Source: Psychrobacter sp. HD31 (GTDB lineage Bacteria; Pseudomonadota; Gammaproteobacteria; Pseudomonadales; Moraxellaceae). Taken from it: a stretch of 32,000 bases of DNA. The stretch spans positions 1,650,001-1,682,000 of the forward strand of contig NZ_CP142525.1 of NCBI RefSeq assembly GCF_051097895.1. Direction: 5' to 3'. Position 1 is the first letter of the stretch; every line of letters begins with the position of its first letter. The translations under genes were made by a program, and so were the position numbers. The notes under the pieces are model-generated. The model worked only from the letters and a program-made list of their open reading frames with translations. It did no database searches and was not told where the DNA came from. Of this stretch, positions 1 to 7,796 are shown piece after piece.

Positions 1-578
1 GTCAAAACTAGTTTTGTACGCGATTGAAAAATAAATGGTTTTAATGGTTTTTTGGTATCTAATAAATACCAGAATGGTTCGGTGCTATTAGCATCATAGT
101 CAAAGTTAGAAACAACAGTTACTGCACCAGTGCCATCATGATTTTCGTAAACAGGGTGATCGGTATCAAAAAAGTTTTGCCCGTCATAACATAAGCTAGT
201 TTCACCTTCTTTCATTGTCTGGAAAACCAGTTTGTCAGGGTGTTGCTGACCTCTAGCTCCCAAGCTTTCTGCTAGTGGTGCTAAGAAGCCACAGTCGTCA
301 TCTTCAATATCGACTGCATCAACACTAATAGAGCCTTCAAACTTTTTGTTTTTGATTGAATATGAGTGGGTTTTTATATCTTTAATTGTACGTTCACCAA
401 TCCATTCAACCATATCTGGCATTTCACCCAACCAACCATACGTGTTTGAGCCTTTACTTGATGGGATTGTTGTTGCTAACTTTTGGTATTCTGATTCAAC
501 AGAATCAATCCCCTTGTTAAAGCTTTTTTTAACTGCCGTATCTAGCAGTTTAAGTGTTTGCGTGTTTACTAAAGCCAT
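1..578 (-). CDS. major head subunit, Mu gpT family (N-terminal ~192 aa; the gene runs off the window start)
   Basis: My own minus-strand translation from the ATG at 578 gives MALVNTQTLKLLDTAVKKSFNKGIDSVESEYQKLATTIPSSKGSNTYGWLGEMPDMVEWIGERTI...CYDGQNFFDTDHPVY. The SNTYGWLG and CYDGQNFFD..HPVY blocks match Mu T as I remember it. The ORF is absent from the ORF track because it is open at the window edge. Confidence 0.85.
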   Translation of the reverse strand, partial: MALVNTQTLKLLDTAVKKSFNKGIDSVESEYQKLATTIPSSKGSNTYGWLGEMPDMVEWIGERTIKDIKTHSYSIKNKKFEGSISVDAVDIEDDDCGFLAPLAESLGARGQQHPDKLVFQTMKEGETSLCYDGQNFFDTDHPVYENHDGTGAVTVVSNFDYDANSTEPFWYLLDTKKPLKPFIFQSRTKLVL

Positions 579-644
579 TGTCTAGTTTCCTTATATAAAT
601 TTATCGTATAAACGCTTTGGTGCTTATTAGCTAGTTATTACCAA

Positions 645-1115
645 CTAAACCACAATACCCATGCTTTCTAACTTTTGAATATCTTGTGCATTCAATTCAG
701 CATCACCTTCTTTTTTTGGCGGCTTATCTTGCAAGTTACTGTCACCAATGATTGCCGCTTTATTATCAGCAAACTTGGTAAAGTCAGCTAAGCCTTGCTC
801 GGTCGCACATTGAGCCGTGTAGTAGTCTTTATCGGCTGGCGCAATTTTTTTGTTGTCGATTGCTTGGTTGATAGCAACTTCTACTGCTTCGTTATGCTTA
901 GCGTCTGCCATTTCTTGCAGTTTTGCGTTGGCAGCATTAAGCTCGGTAACCGTTTGGTCATGGGTTGCTTTGGGTACAAAGCTATTTAGGTCAGGTTGCT
1001 GTTGTTGCATTGCATTTGTTTCTGTCGCTGTTTTTAATACTTGGATAGCATTAAGAGCGGTTGCTTGGTCAGCATCTGGTGGTAGACCGAGTGCTTTTAG
1101 TAAGGCATCTAACAT
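645..1115 (-). CDS. possible nested scaffold protein (gpZ-like) from an internal in-frame start of the gpI gene
   Basis: An internal ATG at 1115-1113 (..DNTMLDALL..) is preceded by AAGGA about 8 nt upstream and lies just after the (QT)5 linker. In Mu the scaffold Z is an internal-start product of I. This call is an inference by analogy. Confidence 0.35.
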   Translation of the reverse strand: MLDALLKALGLPPDADQATALNAIQVLKTATETNAMQQQQPDLNSFVPKATHDQTVTELNAANAKLQEMADAKHNEAVEVAINQAIDNKKIAPADKDYYTAQCATEQGLADFTKFADNKAAIIGDSNLQDKPPKKEGDAELNAQDIQKLESMGIVV

Positions 1116-1673
1116 GGTGTTATCCTTTTGTTTAGTTTGGGTTTGGGTTTGGGTTTGGGTTTGGGGTTCTTGCTGGTTGCCTTGTTTTTTATTTAAGGCA
1201 GGTACATCTAAATTAGGTTTGTTGGTTAAGCCAACGCTAGAAAAGCTATGCACTTGTCCTGTTTTTTTGTTGATATTTAGCGCAGGGCTATAAAACTTAA
1301 AATCTTTTTCATTGATTGCTTTAGCACCGGATTTTGTCGGGTCCACGCGAGCATAAATAAAGCCATCTGTGATTTTCAATTCTTCAAACCAGCCAGACGC
1401 TCTAGTATCATTTGTTAGCTCACTTGCATGGTCTATATCAAGCAAAAAAGGGAGTTGTGTGTTATCAATAACAGCTTGTGCATCATCATTTTGCCAGCTT
1501 CTGCCGTCTTTGCCTTCTACCTTGCCGACAGGTATAAGCGGCCACCACAGGTCATCAACAACCGGTGGTAATTTTGTGCAAAGCGCTGTAACTAATTCAG
1601 TTTTTGTTTGAGCGTTTAAGTCTGTACGTAGTTGTTTTTTCATATTGCTTAGGTTAGCAATACAACGTAACAT
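645..1673 (-). CDS. head protease/scaffold protein, Mu gpI family
   Basis: 342-aa ORF. The N-terminal half (WWPLIPVGKVEGKDGRSW...IDHASE) resembles the Mu I protease domain, and the C-terminal half is helical and scaffold-like. It sits between the MuF and gpT homologs as in Mu. The start is ambiguous: 1673 (MLRC..) or 1643 (MKKQ..), and neither has a strong SD. Confidence 0.8.
   Translation of the reverse strand: MLRCIANLSNMKKQLRTDLNAQTKTELVTALCTKLPPVVDDLWWPLIPVGKVEGKDGRSWQNDDAQAVIDNTQLPFLLDIDHASELTNDTRASGWFEELKITDGFIYARVDPTKSGAKAINEKDFKFYSPALNINKKTGQVHSFSSVGLTNKPNLDVPALNKKQGNQQEPQTQTQTQTQTKQKDNTMLDALLKALGLPPDADQATALNAIQVLKTATETNAMQQQQPDLNSFVPKATHDQTVTELNAANAKLQEMADAKHNEAVEVAINQAIDNKKIAPADKDYYTAQCATEQGLADFTKFADNKAAIIGDSNLQDKPPKKEGDAELNAQDIQKLESMGIVV
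1135..1164. repeat. tandem hexanucleotide repeat (GTTTGG)x5 = (CAAACC)n on the coding strand, encoding QTQTQTQTQT
   Basis: Read directly as gtttgg gtttgg gtttgg gtttgg gtttgg. It encodes the linker between the protease-like and scaffold-like halves of gpI. Confidence 0.95.
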
Positions 1674-1700
1674 GCTGTTATTAAAGTCGTTTACTGATTT
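1674..1700. repeat. 27-bp exact direct repeat, copy 1 (gctgttattaaagtcgtttactgattt); the partner is at 8824-8850
   Basis: Base-by-base comparison shows the two loci are identical over 27 bp and diverge immediately on both sides. Confidence 0.95.
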
Positions 1701-1704
1701 TTAT

Positions 1705-1733
1705 TTGATTGGAAGGGCAAGCAGGGGTATAAT
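1705..1733 (+). promoter_or_regulatory. candidate sigma70 promoter on the plus strand, antisense to the phage operon: -35 TTGATT, 17-bp spacer, -10 TATAAT
   Basis: TTGATT at 1705-1710, a spacer at 1711-1727 (17 nt) and TATAAT at 1728-1733. The predicted start at about 1740 coincides with the 5' arm of the structured element. Confidence 0.5.
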
Positions 1734-1739
1734 GATATT

Positions 1740-1819
1740 GCGGTGGCGGTTACCAACTGGAAAGGGAGTTGCTTTTTAAAAGGCATCGTGATCCTGTTCG
1801 AATCAGGCGAACCACCGCA
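1740..1819 (+). ncRNA. candidate structured small RNA, tRNA-shaped but not a canonical tRNA
   Basis: GCGGTGG (1740-1746) pairs perfectly with CCACCGC (1812-1818). A CCTG-TTCGAAT-CAGG hairpin (1793-1807) has a T-loop-like sequence. A CAAC/GTTG stem has a GG-containing 10-nt loop, and there is an A/T-rich central hairpin (1770-1785). I could not fold a proper cloverleaf: 4 unpaired nt lie between the T-like stem and the terminal stem, and the central loop is 6 or 8 nt. Strand assignment rests on the promoter. Confidence 0.3.
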
Positions 1820-3109
1820 TCAGTTTATTGAACCATAAAGCACTTCATATTTACCTAGACTTGTTAGGTTTGTTATTATTCCTCCTGTGGTTACTATATT
1901 TAGCTTAACCCGCTCTTTTTTGCCATTTACTTTTATTTTTGTCTCATAATCTAATCTAACTAGTACCTTGCCACTTGGTGTGTTGTACACAAAAATCAAA
2001 TTATCTAAAGCTGATTTTTTAGAGCCGGCTGTACTTGGCTCTAATAATATTGCATCAGGTTTTTGTAATTTTGCTGGCAACTGCTGTAAAAAGTTTAGTG
2101 GCAACCCACCTTTTTTATTGTCTCTTATGGCGTGTAATATTTGGGTGTCGCTTACAGCAATAATGCTGTGGTGTGGGGCTTTGTCCATTTTGGTTAGTTT
2201 GTCTATCACTTCGTCATTAATTACCCCAACTGCATAAGTGTTGCCATAAGCACGTTTATGCTCGGCAACATCAGCAACCATGTCATGTAACACCTTAGCT
2301 ATCATTGCCTTTTGAGCGGTGTTGTTTAGCAGCCCTGTCATTGCTTTATTAGCAGCTGAAGGGTTTTGTGTTACCACACCCATTAGTTTGTCTGTCACCA
2401 TTTTTAGGGCATTGTGTTCACGGTGCATACCCACGTTATACTCAAACCCAGGGTCAATACCTTTTGGTACTTTGTGCTTACGTCCAGTTTTTTTATTAAT
2501 CCAGTCATGATATTCAATCTCTGGGCTTTTGCTTATGCCGATGGCTTGTGCTTGCTCTTTTGTAAGGTTTTGAAGCCAGCAATTACAGCCCCAGCCATTT
2601 GCTGGCATATGTGTTAGCCAAAATGGGGCGTCTACGGGCAATACCAAATTATTAAATTTAGTATGCTCTAAACGATGCTCTTTACTAGGTCCAAGGCGGT
2701 AACGCAAATATGGGTGTGTTGCCTTGTTTTTTTGAAAGCGCTGCCAACTGCCCGCATGAAATGATTGTGTTTTGTTCGTTTGATATACTTTTTTTAATCT
2801 GCTATTTGATAGCCTGGTTATTTTTTCGCCTGTTTTTTCATCAACTTGCTCATAGTCGCCCCAGCCACTTTTGCCAAGGCGTTCTAAAATAGACTTTTTA
2901 AAACTGTTAAAACTTTGCCCATCTTCCACTGCTTTAATTATAGATTTGTGGATGCCGTCTAATACATCAAGCTCCATAATTTTTGCAACGGTAAAAGCGC
3001 TGCTGTGTTCTTGTGCATATATCTCTGACCAGTTATAGCTGGTCTTAAGTTTTTTACCCGCTATGTAAGCAATGGCTTCATGGGGTATAACTTTCACATC
3101 TTCGGTCAT
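1820..3109 (-). CDS. head morphogenesis protein, Mu gpF / SPP1 gp7 family
   Basis: 429 aa. The MuF-type core (..YRLGPSKEHRLEHTKFNNLVLPVDAPFWLTHMPANGWGCNCWL..) is recognisable. The gene lies directly downstream of the portal gene with an ATGA-type overlap at 3106-3109. Confidence 0.85.
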   Translation of the reverse strand: MTEDVKVIPHEAIAYIAGKKLKTSYNWSEIYAQEHSSAFTVAKIMELDVLDGIHKSIIKAVEDGQSFNSFKKSILERLGKSGWGDYEQVDEKTGEKITRLSNSRLKKVYQTNKTQSFHAGSWQRFQKNKATHPYLRYRLGPSKEHRLEHTKFNNLVLPVDAPFWLTHMPANGWGCNCWLQNLTKEQAQAIGISKSPEIEYHDWINKKTGRKHKVPKGIDPGFEYNVGMHREHNALKMVTDKLMGVVTQNPSAANKAMTGLLNNTAQKAMIAKVLHDMVADVAEHKRAYGNTYAVGVINDEVIDKLTKMDKAPHHSIIAVSDTQILHAIRDNKKGGLPLNFLQQLPAKLQKPDAILLEPSTAGSKKSALDNLIFVYNTPSGKVLVRLDYETKIKVNGKKERVKLNIVTTGGIITNLTSLGKYEVLYGSIN

Positions 3110-4638
3110 GGCTGCACCGTACCATCTGCAAACGCTTTAATACCCGACAATGCCAATACATCAGCAATGTCACTGGTGTTAAGTTCTGCACTATTAAGCA
3201 TGGTTAGCATTTCATCAAAGCTATTGGCGGTGTGTAGCTTGGCAACTAAGTCTTTAATTGCCGCCTCGCTTACATTCACAAAATCATCTAAGCCGTCTTC
3301 ATCGTCATGTGGGTGGTCGTGGTGGTGGGCGTGGTTGCTGTTTAGCTCTGTTTTGCTATTTGCCTCCACCTTGTCTGATGGCTTTGTTGGCTCATTAACA
3401 GGCTCTTCAACAGAAGCCACGCCCAACAATTCATCATCATCGTTTGGATCAGGTATGCCCAATTTGTCACGCAAAAACTGCTGGGGCACTTTAAAACCAA
3501 GTGGTACCAGTTTATGTACACCATCAACTAATGCCGCGATGTCTTCAGGCTCTGCCACATACAGCGCAAACTTAGGGTAAACCTCTTGTACGCCATAGTT
3601 AAAGTCAATATATGGCTTAATTAACTGTTGATTAATTGTGGTTGTTAGCTGTTTTGCATCTGCTTTTAGTAGATCTAAGCGTACCTCATTATGCACTTGG
3701 CTTTGGGCGTTACTACTGCCATCATCTGCGGTCATGGTTTGACCAAGCACGGCTTTACTTATTTGCTTATCTAACCAGTTTGCCAAGTTTTCAAACAGGC
3801 TTTCGCCACCTTTGGCGTTGGCAGCTTGGATAAACTCAAGTTGCATACTCTCGGGAATAATCGCCGCCGCATCGGTACCAATATTTGCTACAGCACGTCT
3901 AAGAATCGCTTTGTCTTCGTTACTTGCCCCATTGCCGTACTTGCCGACACGGATCGGCATACCAAAAACTTCACAAAACGCCATCCAGTCAGTTAGTGCA
4001 TAGGTTTTACACATATAACTAAGTGCCGCCATACGAGCCAAGCCACCCCGAATAGGTATACCTGCTTTAAGCTTTGGCTGATGCACAACAAATTTATAAG
4101 CAGGCAAATGGTCGCCAGCGGTACCATCTTCGTTACATAGTCGCAGGGTATAAGCGTCATCATCGCTAAACCTAAAATAGCGTGGGTCACGCCATACATA
4201 GCTTGTTGTTTTAAAACCCTTCCACATTACCTCGCATGCGGCAAAGCCTTTGCCTAAGCCATCTACTAAAGCACTGATAAGGTCATCAAACTCGGCGCTT
4301 TGCACTAAGTTGTTTATATCGTCTGCTATTTTTTTGCTTTGTTCATCATCATTGGCTGGCTCAACATGACGTTCTAAACCTTCAATGGCCAGCTTACGAG
4401 TACGCAATACACTGCCATAGTGTGGCTCTCGTTCTTCCATTTCTTCAGCAAGCGTTAAAAAGTCGTAAATATCGCCACGGTTCGCTGATGCTAATACATT
4501 AGCAAGTTTTGATGGGTTTAACCCACGGGCAATGCTGTCATCGTTCCATGCACGGCGAACACCGGTAACTGACGCAGTAGCTACTTCTTGCTCTAGGGCT
4601 TTTTTGCCTTTTTCACTTTTTGGGTCAACTTCTTTCAT
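3106..4638 (-). CDS. portal protein, Mu gpH / gp29 (DUF935) family
   Basis: 510 aa, positioned between the terminase large subunit and MuF. The composition and length are typical of Mu-like portals, including an acidic His-rich C-terminal tail. Confidence 0.8.
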   Translation of the reverse strand: MKEVDPKSEKGKKALEQEVATASVTGVRRAWNDDSIARGLNPSKLANVLASANRGDIYDFLTLAEEMEEREPHYGSVLRTRKLAIEGLERHVEPANDDEQSKKIADDINNLVQSAEFDDLISALVDGLGKGFAACEVMWKGFKTTSYVWRDPRYFRFSDDDAYTLRLCNEDGTAGDHLPAYKFVVHQPKLKAGIPIRGGLARMAALSYMCKTYALTDWMAFCEVFGMPIRVGKYGNGASNEDKAILRRAVANIGTDAAAIIPESMQLEFIQAANAKGGESLFENLANWLDKQISKAVLGQTMTADDGSSNAQSQVHNEVRLDLLKADAKQLTTTINQQLIKPYIDFNYGVQEVYPKFALYVAEPEDIAALVDGVHKLVPLGFKVPQQFLRDKLGIPDPNDDDELLGVASVEEPVNEPTKPSDKVEANSKTELNSNHAHHHDHPHDDEDGLDDFVNVSEAAIKDLVAKLHTANSFDEMLTMLNSAELNTSDIADVLALSGIKAFADGTVQP

Positions 4639-4659
4639 ATTTTTACCTTAGCTTATATT

Positions 4660-6324
4660 TTAAAGCGAGCCTCGTCTAAATCCGTTAAATTCGATGTCGT
4701 CTTCATCATGGTTTATAGGGTCGGGTTTAACGCTTTCGTATGCGTATTCACGCACCTTTGCAGTGATTGTAAATTGTGCGTGTCGAAGCAGTAAAAGTGA
4801 TATAGCCGTATCAGCGTGTTTCATTATTCCTGTATCATCTTTTTTGTCTGTTTTTGCAGGAATCTTTGGTACGCCTTTTATAACTTGGAATGAGCGCAAA
4901 TCAGCCATCACACCATTATTCTTAGGTATTTTCTTAAACGTGCCATCTTCAAGGGCAGACTTAAACGGTGCTGTATTTTCTCTATACCATTTATCGGTAA
5001 ACATGACCTTATCAATCAAGCCAGTTTGGTCTTTTTCATTCCATCGCCCATATTTATCTGCAGCAGACTCAGCCAAAAAGTCACCATTACCACGGGCATC
5101 AAATGCACCACCTGCAAAGTTTGGCAGATGTTTTAAAATATAAAGTACAATCTGCTCTTGTTGTTTGTATGGAATTTTGCCAAGTTCAATAATAAACTGT
5201 ACGTCTAAATCTAAGTTTGGTTGTTCAGCCCCAACGCTGATAGACGTTAAGTTGCTACTCCGTGCAAAATCTTCACCCACATAATGTTTTAAATTTGGGT
5301 TTAACGCCTTTAAAAGTGGCTTTAAATGTTCTTCACACCAGTCTTGAATTTCTACACGGCGTTGATGTTCTGGTTCGTCACTAAACGCATCTTCTTTAGT
5401 AAGATTAATAATTGGTGTATCTTTAGACATATTCTTTTCAATGACTGACCGAGTAAGCCAGTTGCCACTACCATTTTTTGGTACGCAGTAATATTCTTCT
5501 AAAGCATCTTCTTTGGTTGCACAGTCGTTTATTAAGTTCTGTATCCATTGCTTTTCGCCCTCTATCGTCCATTTGCCACCTGTTACCTGACAATGTCCGA
5601 CAATTTGACAGATGCGTTGATATAGACCATCTTTACAAGCATCTTCAATGGTTATTGTATGTACAGAGCCACGTTTTTTCCCCGCTCGGCATTCTTTTAT
5701 ATATTCATTAAAACCACTATCAACACCGTTATGTGTTGAAATAATTCTAACTTTAGCACCCCACATCGTTAGTGCTAGAGCAGCTTTTAATAGCCCTGCA
5801 AAGTCATCAGCAAACGCAGCTTCATCAAGTACAACATTGCCTTGCATACCACGCATATTTTTAGGTTTGCTAGATAATGCTTTAACTTTAAAGCCAGACG
5901 CAAAATAAATAACAAAGACTTGAATATCTTTGTCTTCATCTTTGAAAACTTCTTCTTGGGTTTCACTGGCAACATAACCATAGGCTTTTGCCCACATAGC
6001 CACGGCGTCAATATATTCCCTTGCCATGTCTTTAGATGAGCCAACATAATAGGTATCACAACCACCATCAAAACGGCTAGTGCTGGCATCTAGGGCATTG
6101 TCTGCTGCTTCTGCCCATGTTAAACCACAACGTCTTGTTTTCTCTGCTATTTTTATTTGACTATCGTCAGCTACCCATTTTTTTTGATAAACGAGAAAAA
6201 CATCATTTTTATTGAATTTATTAAAGCCGTCTAAAAACTTTTGACATGCTGGGTGCAGCACCCCTAAAGGTCGTTTATTGTTATTATATAAATCTAACTG
6301 CTTGTTAATCGTTAGTTTAGTCAT
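4660..6324 (-). CDS. terminase large subunit, Mu gp28 (E) family
   Basis: 554 aa from the ATG at 6324 (MTKLTINK..); the track start at 6336 is a TTG. It has a Walker-B-like VVLDEAAF motif, and its start overlaps the stop of the gp27-like gene (gATGACTAA). Confidence 0.8.
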   Translation of the reverse strand: MTKLTINKQLDLYNNNKRPLGVLHPACQKFLDGFNKFNKNDVFLVYQKKWVADDSQIKIAEKTRRCGLTWAEAADNALDASTSRFDGGCDTYYVGSSKDMAREYIDAVAMWAKAYGYVASETQEEVFKDEDKDIQVFVIYFASGFKVKALSSKPKNMRGMQGNVVLDEAAFADDFAGLLKAALALTMWGAKVRIISTHNGVDSGFNEYIKECRAGKKRGSVHTITIEDACKDGLYQRICQIVGHCQVTGGKWTIEGEKQWIQNLINDCATKEDALEEYYCVPKNGSGNWLTRSVIEKNMSKDTPIINLTKEDAFSDEPEHQRRVEIQDWCEEHLKPLLKALNPNLKHYVGEDFARSSNLTSISVGAEQPNLDLDVQFIIELGKIPYKQQEQIVLYILKHLPNFAGGAFDARGNGDFLAESAADKYGRWNEKDQTGLIDKVMFTDKWYRENTAPFKSALEDGTFKKIPKNNGVMADLRSFQVIKGVPKIPAKTDKKDDTGIMKHADTAISLLLLRHAQFTITAKVREYAYESVKPDPINHDEDDIEFNGFRRGSL

Positions 6325-6892
6325 CAGATATACCAAGTATTTGACGTTTAATCATTGCCACAGTATCTGCTGATAATCCAGCATCAGACACAGCTTTTTC
6401 CGCCGTTTCAGCAGCTTCCAATGCCACTTCTTTGCGGATAGCTTGCTCACGCTTAAAGCTACTGGTTTCTGCTTGCTCAACACGCTGGACAACAAGTGCC
6501 AACTGGTTAAGTGCCTTAATATCCACACCGTCTTCACTTTCGCCCACAGTCATGGTGGTTTCAAAAGCTAATTGCTTGATAAACTCCATCAACATTTTGC
6601 CCACATCACTTTGCGGGGCTTCACCAAACTGCTTAGTCCATATCTCCGCCATTTCACGGCTTTCTCGGATACGGCTTGACATCTGTTCCATGCGGGTGCT
6701 AAAACGGTTTAAACCACTACGGCTTAGGCAATGGCTTTCGCCAAGCCCTGCATCTAAAACCAGTTGATTAATTTCTGCTAAAATTTTGGCTTGCGATAGC
6801 TTTTTATCTCTAAGCATCATCGTTAGCTGACTTTTTATCTCAGCTGGTAGTAAATCTACTTTACTAGCACGACCACGGGTTTTATCAGTCAT
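6317..6892 (-). CDS. terminase small subunit candidate, Mu gp27 (D) / DUF3486 family
   Basis: 191 aa. The N-terminus (GRASKVDLLPAEIKSQLTMMLRDKKLS) is typical of DUF3486/gp27. The gene lies immediately upstream of the large terminase. Confidence 0.7.
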   Translation of the reverse strand: MTDKTRGRASKVDLLPAEIKSQLTMMLRDKKLSQAKILAEINQLVLDAGLGESHCLSRSGLNRFSTRMEQMSSRIRESREMAEIWTKQFGEAPQSDVGKMLMEFIKQLAFETTMTVGESEDGVDIKALNQLALVVQRVEQAETSSFKREQAIRKEVALEAAETAEKAVSDAGLSADTVAMIKRQILGISDD

Positions 6893-6907
6893 TGTTTAGC
6901 CCTTATA

Positions 6908-7207
6908 TCAATATTCAGGGTTAGGCTTTTTAACACCATCGACCACGGCCACACCATTGGCAACATCCAAACCACGCTGGGTAATCACCCCTACAAACAT
7001 AGTGGTTGCACCCATCTGCAAACGGTTAATTTTTATAAGCCCTTGTTCTTCAAGCCATAGCATGTGCGTACGCACCAAATCCATGCTAATGCTATGCCCA
7101 AATTGAGCGATGCAAGTTTGCAACATGCCTTGGTTTGCGTCGTTATTACAAGCAACTAATGACTGCAGTAGGGCAAGACGTTGATCAGCTGTTATTATGT
7201 TGTGCAT
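6908..7207 (-). CDS. conserved Mu-like phage protein of unknown function, possibly winged-helix (gp26 position)
   Basis: 99-aa ORF packed tightly in the operon. The segment LVRTHMLWLEEQGLIKI looks like a wHTH recognition region. The function is not established. Confidence 0.5.
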   Translation of the reverse strand: MHNIITADQRLALLQSLVACNNDANQGMLQTCIAQFGHSISMDLVRTHMLWLEEQGLIKINRLQMGATTMFVGVITQRGLDVANGVAVVDGVKKPNPEY

Positions 7208-7213
7208 AGCTGT

Positions 7214-7567
7214 TTAGTCTCCTTTTTTGTTTGTGGTGACTTCTTTTTCTATCAGCAAATTCGTCAAGCGTGTTATTGGCTTAACGGCAGCGTGCAAAGT
7301 GCTGATCTCACCATTCATTTTCTCTACTGCAATACGTAAAGCGATAACATCTTCAGCATTGGGTAGATGTTGCATGGTTTTATCTAGTTCATCAATTTTG
7401 CCGTCAATCTCGTTATTCTTTTTGTCTTGCTTGGCAACAATCTCTTTAATTTCGCTTTTACGTGCGTACCTAGCATCTAACTTTAAATAAGCGATAGAAC
7501 CAATAACACCAACCACGGTCATGAATATTGCCCAGTGGCTTGTAATGTAATCTATAATTTCTTGCAC
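7214..7567 (-). CDS. membrane-anchored coiled-coil protein (DUF2730-like; i-spanin- or lysis-associated candidate)
   Basis: 117 aa with an N-terminal TM segment (WAIFMTVVGVIGSIAYL) followed by a charged helical region. It lies in the lysis-proximal block, as Mu gp23-gp25 do. Confidence 0.5.
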   Translation of the reverse strand: MQEIIDYITSHWAIFMTVVGVIGSIAYLKLDARYARKSEIKEIVAKQDKKNNEIDGKIDELDKTMQHLPNAEDVIALRIAVEKMNGEISTLHAAVKPITRLTNLLIEKEVTTNKKGD

Positions 7568-7788
7568 GGTTTATCCTCGTGTTTGTGTTGGCACGCAATA
7601 CAGCGTAGCGTTAGCCCATGCTTTACTCGTTGCGGTTCTACAAGCTCACCACAGTCAATACACTCATAATCGCCATCGCAGGTTTGGTTGTTTGCCAGGT
7701 GTTTGTTGGTTTGGCTGGCTTTATGCTGTTCAAGTTGCTTTGCAAGTAGCAATTCTTGCTGGCGCTGGGCTATATCTACTGCGTCCAT
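7552..7788 (-). CDS. TraR/DksA-family C4 zinc-finger protein
   Basis: 78 aa with CIDCGELVEPQRV...LRCIACQ, the CxxC-17-CxxC pattern of phage TraR/DksA proteins. Confidence 0.75.
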   Translation of the reverse strand: MDAVDIAQRQQELLLAKQLEQHKASQTNKHLANNQTCDGDYECIDCGELVEPQRVKHGLTLRCIACQHKHEDKPCKKL

Positions 7789-7796
7789 ATTGTCCT

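Noticed and set aside
1135-1164. The hexamer tandem repeat considered as a phase-variation switch or mini-CRISPR.
   Set aside because: The repeat unit is 6 bp, so copy-number change keeps the frame. There are no spacers and no cas genes. It is a coding linker microsatellite.
850-1293. Plus-strand 147-aa ORF, together with the other antisense ORFs in the track: 346-585, 1369-1611, 3080-3580, 4694-5143, 5648-5908, 6432-6767, 7227-7490, 11090-11425, 13365-13910, 13871-14209, 20849-21358, 27102-27608, 28279-28506, 29161-29415, 31191-31451 and others.
   Set aside because: Each lies entirely inside a well-supported gene on the opposite strand, has the low-complexity composition typical of shadow frames, and has no recognisable motif.
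1740-1819. Possible bona fide tRNA gene (7-bp acceptor-like stem and a GTTCGAAT T-loop-like hairpin).
   Set aside because: I could not build a cloverleaf. Four unpaired nt lie between the T-like stem (only 4 bp) and the terminal stem. The D-arm offset is wrong, the central hairpin has a 6- or 8-nt loop rather than 7, and no CCA is encoded. It is kept only as a tRNA-shaped candidate RNA and needs tRNAscan-SE or ARAGORN.
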